Assembly (NCBI GenBank): GCA_963749495.1
Contig: CAVVMW010000010.1
Location: 704,001 to 768,000 of the forward strand
Length of the DNA: 64,000 nt
Direction: 5' to 3'
DNA from: an uncultured bacterium
GTDB lineage: Bacteria > Verrucomicrobiota > Verrucomicrobiia > Limisphaerales > UBA8199
The translations under genes and the position numbers were made by a program. The notes under the pieces are model-generated. The model saw nothing but the letters and a program-made list of their open reading frames with translations. It did not search any database and had not been told where the DNA came from. Below, piece by piece: positions 58,016 through 64,000 of the stretch. Within the stretch, counting starts at the first letter, position 1. The number at the start of each line of letters is the position of its first letter.

Positions 58016-59368
58016 ATGAACCCACGGACCGCAAAATCCTGGAGGCGATGGTTCATTTCATGCGCTTGGCTCTTGGGCCTTACCAGTGTCCTTCAAGAGG
58101 CCGCCGGCTCCGAGGCAGACCAAGCTCTGGAACTGCGTGGCACACGGGTGATGGTCCGAGCCTTGCAGTCCCCGCCGCCCAGGGCCTATACGACCCGCTT
58201 TGAGGACAATCCCAAGCCGCCGCTCGAACTGTTGGAGTGGTTTACGCCGCCGGAAAAGTATCGGGCGGATTTCGGCAGCTTTCGTTCGCCGCTGTTGTTC
58301 GCCGATGGCACGCCCGTGCGCACGGCGGCAGACTGGCCGCGCCGGCGGGCGGAGATCCTCGCCACCTGGCACAAGCTCATGGGGCCTTGGCCACCGCTCA
58401 TCGAAAGACCACGCGTGGAGGTCGTGCACACCTCGCGCCGCGAAAACATCACCCAGCAAGAGCTTCGGATCGAAATCGCGCTGGGCGGCGAAATGGTGGA
58501 GGGCCTGTTGCTTGTTCCCGAAGGTGAAGGCGCTGCGGGTAGCCACCCTGCGCGCCAGCGCCCGGCGGTGCTGGTGGTCTATTATGACGCGGAAACCGGC
58601 GTGGGTTTGGGCGCGCCCTTGCGCGATTACGCCTGGCAATTAGCCAGACGCGGGTTTGTAGCGCTCTCGATCGGGAAACCCAACGCGCACATCAACCTCA
58701 CCACGACGGATAAGCCGCGGACCGAGCCGTACCTTGGCCCGGTCGGCAAGCCGGTGCGCGTCCAACCGCTGTCGGCGCTCGCCTATGCCGCCGCCAACGC
58801 GCATACCGTCCTGGCCCAGCGGCCCGAGGTGGACCCGTCCCGGATCGGGATCGTGGGCCATTCCTTCGGTGGCAAGTGGGCCATGTTTGCCTCCTGTCTG
58901 TATGACAAGTTTGCCTGCGCAGTCTGGTCGGACCCCGGCATTGTCTTCGACGAGCGCGACCGGCGTCAGCAGAACCCGAACGGCAGCGTCAATTATTGGG
59001 ACGTGTGGTATCTGGGCTTTGAGCCGGGCGCTATCGCGAACCCCAAAAACGCAGGCACCTGGCGCAAGCTGCCCAGCGAAGGGCAGGCGCGCAGGGGTGC
59101 CTACAAGGCGCTGGTCGAAGGCGGTCATGACCTGGTGGAACTGCACGCCTTGATGGCGCCTCGGCCGTTTCTCGTCTCCGGGGGCACCGCCGACTTGCCC
59201 GAGCGCTGGCCCGCGCTGAACCACGCGATTGCGGTGAACAAGCTGCTCGGCTGTCAAGACCGGGTGGCTCTGACCCAGCGCGAGGGGCACACGCCGACGG
59301 AGCAAGCTAATGAGCAGGTGTACCGGTTTTTCCAATGGTGGCTGCAGCCCCGTCAGGCCGCGCCATGA
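58016..59368 (+). CDS. Secreted alpha/beta hydrolase (dienelactone-hydrolase / esterase-like)
   Basis: RIGIVGHSFGGKWA, ELHALMAPRPFLVSGG and GH catalytic motif. Confidence 0.85.
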   Translation: MNPRTAKSWRRWFISCAWLLGLTSVLQEAAGSEADQALELRGTRVMVRALQSPPPRAYTTRFEDNPKPPLELLEWFTPPEKYRADFGSFRSPLLFADGTPVRTAADWPRRRAEILATWHKLMGPWPPLIERPRVEVVHTSRRENITQQELRIEIALGGEMVEGLLLVPEGEGAAGSHPARQRPAVLVVYYDAETGVGLGAPLRDYAWQLARRGFVALSIGKPNAHINLTTTDKPRTEPYLGPVGKPVRVQPLSALAYAAANAHTVLAQRPEVDPSRIGIVGHSFGGKWAMFASCLYDKFACAVWSDPGIVFDERDRRQQNPNGSVNYWDVWYLGFEPGAIANPKNAGTWRKLPSEGQARRGAYKALVEGGHDLVELHALMAPRPFLVSGGTADLPERWPALNHAIAVNKLLGCQDRVALTQREGHTPTEQANEQVYRFFQWWLQPRQAAP

Positions 59369-59388
59369 TACGGTCTTCCAAGACTCCA

Positions 59389-60919
59389 TCAGTAGGGCTG
59401 CGGGCCGGTTTTGATCCGTGGGCCAGCTTGGCTGACATCGAAGGGCTGGAATCCCAACGCGAAAGCGGGAGATTCAGGTTTTAGCCTGAAATCGCCCTCT
59501 TCCGGGGCAACGAAGAGCGGGTCTGCATACCGGGAGTGGACGTTTTTGCCCCGGCCCTGCCACTCAGCCCAGGTGTTGCTCCCAAACTTCGCCTGGTCCA
59601 GCTTTAGCTCCGGGTTGAAATACAGGTTCCAGTCGCAATCGAACGTGTTGGTCACCGGCGATCTGTTTATTGCGCGTGCGCTCCCAGACGGGGTTCCGCT
59701 CCGTGCCCCCGTTTACCCGGAACCCGCCGGCGGCGATGTTCGCGATCTCGTTCCCAACAAACCGGTTTTCCGAACAGCCCGCCATCAACTCGAAGGCAAA
59801 GGTGCCCAGGTTGGATAAACGGCATTGCTCGAACGCACACCAGCGCGCCCCGCGCAGCGTGATGGCGGCCGGAACGCTGGCCGAACCTTGCTGGCCATTG
59901 GAGTTGCCCGGGGGCAGTTCGAACCGGGTATGGACAAAGCACAAGTCGCGGAAGCGCAAGTGCTCGACATAGCGGCGCTCCGCCGGGGTGCCCTCCAGGC
60001 GCAGGTGAGCAGGGGCAAACGGGGCGACTACGTCGGCCTTGGTCATGTCCTCGCCGGGCATCGGGAAATAAAAGATCTGGCCCGTGCGGCGGTTGAGATA
60101 CCACTCGCCAGGGGCGTCAAGTCCCTCGAACACGTTCTCGACAATATAGCGCGCGCCCTCCTCGGAGAAGTCATCCGTAAACACCTTGCTGGCTTTGTTG
60201 GCGAAGGTGACCAGGTTGGATTCGACGTTGACGGATTGGATGGGCAGGTGCGAATCGGTCCAGAAATGGTAAACAATCACCTCGACGTCGGAGAGGTTGG
60301 TCCAGTCGGGTCGGATGTCGCCGGGTTTAAACTGGAAGGTCTGGCAGGCCTTGTGATAGCCGGTGGTCTTTGGTGTGCCCTCCGGGCAGGCGGCAACCCG
60401 CAGGAACCCATGGTTCGGAATGCGGGCGCGCGTGCGCTGGTGGCCATTGACGTAAAGCTGCCGGAAACGCCACTGGCCAAGGGCCACCTCCGGCAGATCG
60501 GTGACCCACAATCTGGCGTCGTGTTGTTTCCACCCCGTGATCCGCCGGCCGCCATCCAGCACCACGGGCTCAGTTCCGGCCGCCATATAGGTAATTGGAC
60601 AAGCGGCGGTGCCCGAGTCTTTCGGCCCGAAGACGACCTCGCGCGCGAGGCGATAGGTGCCGCCCTGCATTTTGACGTTGACCGGCTCCTTGAGCGGCCC
60701 GGCTTGCTTCAATTGCCGAACCGCATCCCGGGCGCGTTCCAGGGTGGCAAAGGGCCGGTCCGCGGTGCCGCGATTGGCATCATTCCCGGTCGGCGCCACG
60801 AAAAAGTCGCTGGCATGAAGAGTCACAGCCATTGCCAGAGCGCTCGCGCACAAAGCCAAAGTCAGTTTCATCATTGATGCGCTCAGAAGTGTCGGCTGAC
60901 CGTACACGGTGTGCTTCAT
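59389..60919 (-). pseudogene. Right-handed beta-helix glycoside hydrolase (GH141-like) with internal deletion at about 59660
   Basis: FFVAPTGND..PFATLERARDAVR, ARIPN and LDAPGEWY. The beta-helix jumps out of frame to D.NLYF..ADPLFV..DFRLKPESPA..GF. Confidence 0.8.
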
Positions 60920-60935
60920 AGTGTCCCCCTGATTT

Positions 60936-62597
60936 TTACGGCTCTGCCTGTCGGATGTGCAACAACCAGTCTTTGAACAGCAGGTTGCCGGGGTAGTCCT
61001 CGGGCGTATGAAACTCGGCTGCGGCGCCACCGTTCACTTTGCCACGGGTGCGCTCCTTGCTCTGTTCGAGGTCGAACCAGGTGTATTCAAAGCGGTCCGC
61101 CGCCCGGCTGGGCCGCAGATCCACTTTCAACCTGCCACCGTATCGCACATAAAGGACGTAGAGGTCGCCGGGAATCGCGCCGCAAAATGGAGCCGGATAT
61201 TCCGATACCAATTCAGGGTGGGGTTCCAGCTTCCACCAGGGGAGCGAGCCGAGAAATTTCGCCATGAAACTCATCGAGCGGGCGCCGGGGTAGTCGAGCG
61301 TGTTCGTGGCAAACGATTTTTCCAGGGGCCAGGAGCCCTGGCCGGCGGACGACTCCGGCAGGTGCGCCCACCAGACGTGGCCGCCGCCGTAAGAATGTCC
61401 CGCCGCGCCTGATAAGAGGGCGGTCCACGCGCCGTAGCGGATGTCCATTGCGGGCGGGTTGCCCGCGATAAACTCGTACCAGGGCTCGGTCACGACGGTC
61501 GGCTTGGCAGGTTGGCGCGCGTAATCGGCGGCGATCACCAGTGGGATCATCTCGTTGCGCCAGCGCGCGTGGCCGACCTGGCTTTGGTTGTAATCCAGCC
61601 AGGGTTCACTATGGAGCACTTCACCCGTGGACCACTGGGGGGCATCGGCGCCGCCACTCCAGCCCGGGGGAGTCGGGTGCGCCGACACAATGCGGCGGTA
61701 GGGATCCTCGTTTTTGACCAGGGCACCCAAGTCCTTCCAAAACGGCAGACCGAAGCCGCCGTAGTTGTTCATGTTGTACTCGCCGGCCAAGGTCCAGATC
61801 ACGTTATAGGCGCCCAGCCGCGCGATGACATAGCGCCACCACCGGCGCATCTGTTCCTCGCTGACCCGCTCGTTGAGGCGTTCCCGGCTCCACCAGGGAT
61901 GGATCCAGGCGGTAATTCCCTTGCTGTTGGCATAAGCGATCATGGCTTCAGCTTTGCGGATCTGCTCGAGGTCGGGCGAGTCGTAGGTCCGGTTGAGCAG
62001 TCCGTTGGGCGCAAAGAAAACCTGCCCGACCGTGAAGCCCTTGGCTGCGCGGTCGTCGGCCAGTTTCTGGAAGCTGCTGAACAGAATGCCCCGCTTGGTC
62101 CAGTTCCACCACGTGTCACCGATCCACAGGAACGGGGTGCCATCAGCGTACTCGAAGTAACGGCCGGCGCGCGGCCCTTTTTGGCTCACGCGGATAAACC
62201 CTCGGCGCGCGGGGTTGGCCTGCTTTTCGGCTTCGGTCCACTCCGCCACCTGGATTCTGCCGGTAGGGGCTGCGAGTCCCGGGTCCTTGGAAGCGCTGGA
62301 CCAGGACCATTCTCCGGGCTCGGGTGGGGCAAAGCGGGCTTTCCACGTTTTGCCGCCATCCCAGAACGCCGCCAGCGTGTAGCGCATGTCCCGGGCGGCA
62401 CCGCTGTTGCCGGTGAAGGTGACCTGGGCCAGGGGCGCGTTGCGATCCGGCAAGCCTTGCACGTAGGCGTTCGTGTGTTCTCCGCTTGCCTCAAGTGAAA
62501 TCTCGACCACCTCCCATGGGTGCGTGGATTGGGCGCGCACCGCAAGCCCGAAGGCCAATGTTCCCAAAACCAGCACCGCCATCCGATTTCCGTTCAT
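60936..62597 (-). CDS. DUF5060/DUF4038 (GH140 apiosidase-like) protein
   Basis: FWDGGKTWKARFAP, DGTPFLWIGDTWW, NVIWTLAGE, SAHP, EPWYE and GHSYG. Confidence 0.85.
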   Translation of the reverse strand: MNGNRMAVLVLGTLAFGLAVRAQSTHPWEVVEISLEASGEHTNAYVQGLPDRNAPLAQVTFTGNSGAARDMRYTLAAFWDGGKTWKARFAPPEPGEWSWSSASKDPGLAAPTGRIQVAEWTEAEKQANPARRGFIRVSQKGPRAGRYFEYADGTPFLWIGDTWWNWTKRGILFSSFQKLADDRAAKGFTVGQVFFAPNGLLNRTYDSPDLEQIRKAEAMIAYANSKGITAWIHPWWSRERLNERVSEEQMRRWWRYVIARLGAYNVIWTLAGEYNMNNYGGFGLPFWKDLGALVKNEDPYRRIVSAHPTPPGWSGGADAPQWSTGEVLHSEPWLDYNQSQVGHARWRNEMIPLVIAADYARQPAKPTVVTEPWYEFIAGNPPAMDIRYGAWTALLSGAAGHSYGGGHVWWAHLPESSAGQGSWPLEKSFATNTLDYPGARSMSFMAKFLGSLPWWKLEPHPELVSEYPAPFCGAIPGDLYVLYVRYGGRLKVDLRPSRAADRFEYTWFDLEQSKERTRGKVNGGAAAEFHTPEDYPGNLLFKDWLLHIRQAEP

Positions 62598-62659
62598 TGC
62601 TCACCTTTCGTTAGGATGTTCTTTGGACTATTCATGAACGACATCGCAGGACCTCCGAT

Positions 62660-63997
62660 TCATTTGTGGGGTGATTCATCGTGAATGGTTGGCGTCGGCA
62701 GGGCCTCCGGACGCTTTCCCGACTCCCATGCCCCAAGGTCGGGATGCTCGGAGCGTGGTCGCCGACAGATGTCGTCGGTCACGTCGGCCAAAGGCACGCC
62801 TCGGCCAAGAGCACCTCCGGCAGCAGAGGTCAGCGCCAGGTTCCCCGAGGCAGGGTCCTCAAAGTACCCGTCCAGATGTCCGGCCAGGTTGTCATGAGGC
62901 TGCGCCTGGCCTCCATCGAACACGATTCCGCCATGCACCAGGTTGTTGGCCACTTCCGTCTCGGTCGTGCCCGTGCCAATGCGGACGCCTCGATTCCAGT
63001 TACGCTCCGGCCGCCAGATGGTGTTGTTGAGAACCTCGATCTGCGCGGCATGCCAAAGCTCGATCCCGCAGTCCGCTCCTCCGGCAATGAAGTTGTTCCA
63101 GATGATGCCCTGCGAAACATACGTCGGCCGTTCGCCGGCCCGGTTGGCCGTCGATACGCCGGGATTGCCGAAGGCCACACCCCGGTCGCAGTCCACAATG
63201 ACGTTCCGTTCCACCACCACCCGCCGGGAACGCACCCAGATGAAGATGGCCGCCCGTCCGCCGCGATTCCGCCCTTTGATGTTGCGAAAAACGTTGTCGC
63301 TGAAGGTCCAGTCCTCCAGGGCCATCATATCAATGGCGGCAATGTAGTCCCCGCCGAACAGCCAGCCCGCGGGCGGCACCTTCGTGTTCTCGAAGTAGCA
63401 GCCGCGAACCGATCCCTTGACGGCCCGGGTATTCGGGTCCTGTCCGGCCGAGCCCTTGATCGCGCGCACGCCGATGTCGCGGAAATGGCAGTTGTAGATC
63501 TGGACGTTTCTGGGCGCATTCTCGGCTTGCACTTTGATGCCGTAGGAGCGGCAGTCCGCAAAGCCCAGACCTGCGATGGTTACTCCGTCGCAGTGGGCAA
63601 TATGGAGGATGTCGTCGTGGTCATTCCCGGTCTCCCAGCCTTGGCCGCTCAACGTGACCTTGGCCGGGTCGCCGCTGGCACTGCGGAGGACGACGTTGGT
63701 CTTGTAATCGAGAACGACGGGCCGAGACAACTTGTAGCGGCCGTCGGCCAGGAGAATCGTGCTGCCGGCAGGCAGCCGGTCAATTGCCGACAGCAATTCC
63801 TCAGCCGTTGTGACCAGGATCACTGGTCCTCGGGGCGCTGGAAGGGGAGGCACTTTGGGAAACCAGTTCGGGATGGACTGCCCGGTACAGAGCCAGCAGC
63901 AAGCCAACAAGCCCGCAACCGCCAGGGCCGATTTAGCGCGAGTCGCGGCAACGCCATCTTCCACAAACCGGGTCCGGATCCGCTTCACACGTTTCAT
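62660..63997 (-). CDS. Secreted right-handed parallel beta-helix protein
   Basis: TILLADGRY, repeated ..NC.F.. / ERNVIVDCDRG / NNFI / NNTI strands, and PDLGAWE. Confidence 0.85.
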   Translation of the reverse strand: MKRVKRIRTRFVEDGVAATRAKSALAVAGLLACCWLCTGQSIPNWFPKVPPLPAPRGPVILVTTAEELLSAIDRLPAGSTILLADGRYKLSRPVVLDYKTNVVLRSASGDPAKVTLSGQGWETGNDHDDILHIAHCDGVTIAGLGFADCRSYGIKVQAENAPRNVQIYNCHFRDIGVRAIKGSAGQDPNTRAVKGSVRGCYFENTKVPPAGWLFGGDYIAAIDMMALEDWTFSDNVFRNIKGRNRGGRAAIFIWVRSRRVVVERNVIVDCDRGVAFGNPGVSTANRAGERPTYVSQGIIWNNFIAGGADCGIELWHAAQIEVLNNTIWRPERNWNRGVRIGTGTTETEVANNLVHGGIVFDGGQAQPHDNLAGHLDGYFEDPASGNLALTSAAGGALGRGVPLADVTDDICRRPRSEHPDLGAWESGKRPEALPTPTIHDESPHK

Positions 63998-64000
63998 TGG

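Noticed and set aside
22345..62498. Long antisense ORFs (e.g. 22345-23886, 52775-54076, 55509-56987, 59825-60877, 61512-62498)
   Set aside because: These are shadow frames of high-GC genes on the opposite strand, with no recognisable motifs.

Overview
GC-rich bacterial DNA, most likely Verrucomicrobiota of the Pedosphaera type. This is inferred from the TIGR02999-type ECF sigma plus WD40 kinase modules, delta-60/NHL/BspA secreted proteins sharing an STDL..W..RFYR C-terminal domain, and verrucomicrobial-type RAYT remnants. Positions 1-47 kb are a heavily decayed accessory region. It holds two ECF-kinase-secreted-propeller modules and two blocks of mobile-element-type genes (5.8-17.4 kb and 25.3-33.2 kb), including a sigma-like / HTH-metallophosphoesterase / coupling-protein ATPase operon and duplicated TPR genes. 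It also holds many truncated or frameshifted genes and a mobile-DNA hotspot at 38-46.7 kb. In that hotspot an IS91-family rolling-circle transposase is followed by three identical 56-bp ori-like repeats that delimit 1.2-1.4-kb cargo segments and end inside an integron-type attC cassette. This is the best candidate for an undescribed gene-capture array. The transposase is itself interrupted by three clean 20-31-bp palindromic micro-insertions whose removal restores a 458-aa ORF. Positions 47-64 kb are a mostly intact cluster of secreted glycan-active enzymes. No rRNA, tRNA, CRISPR array or integrase was seen. Family assignments come from motif recognition and memory, not database searches.
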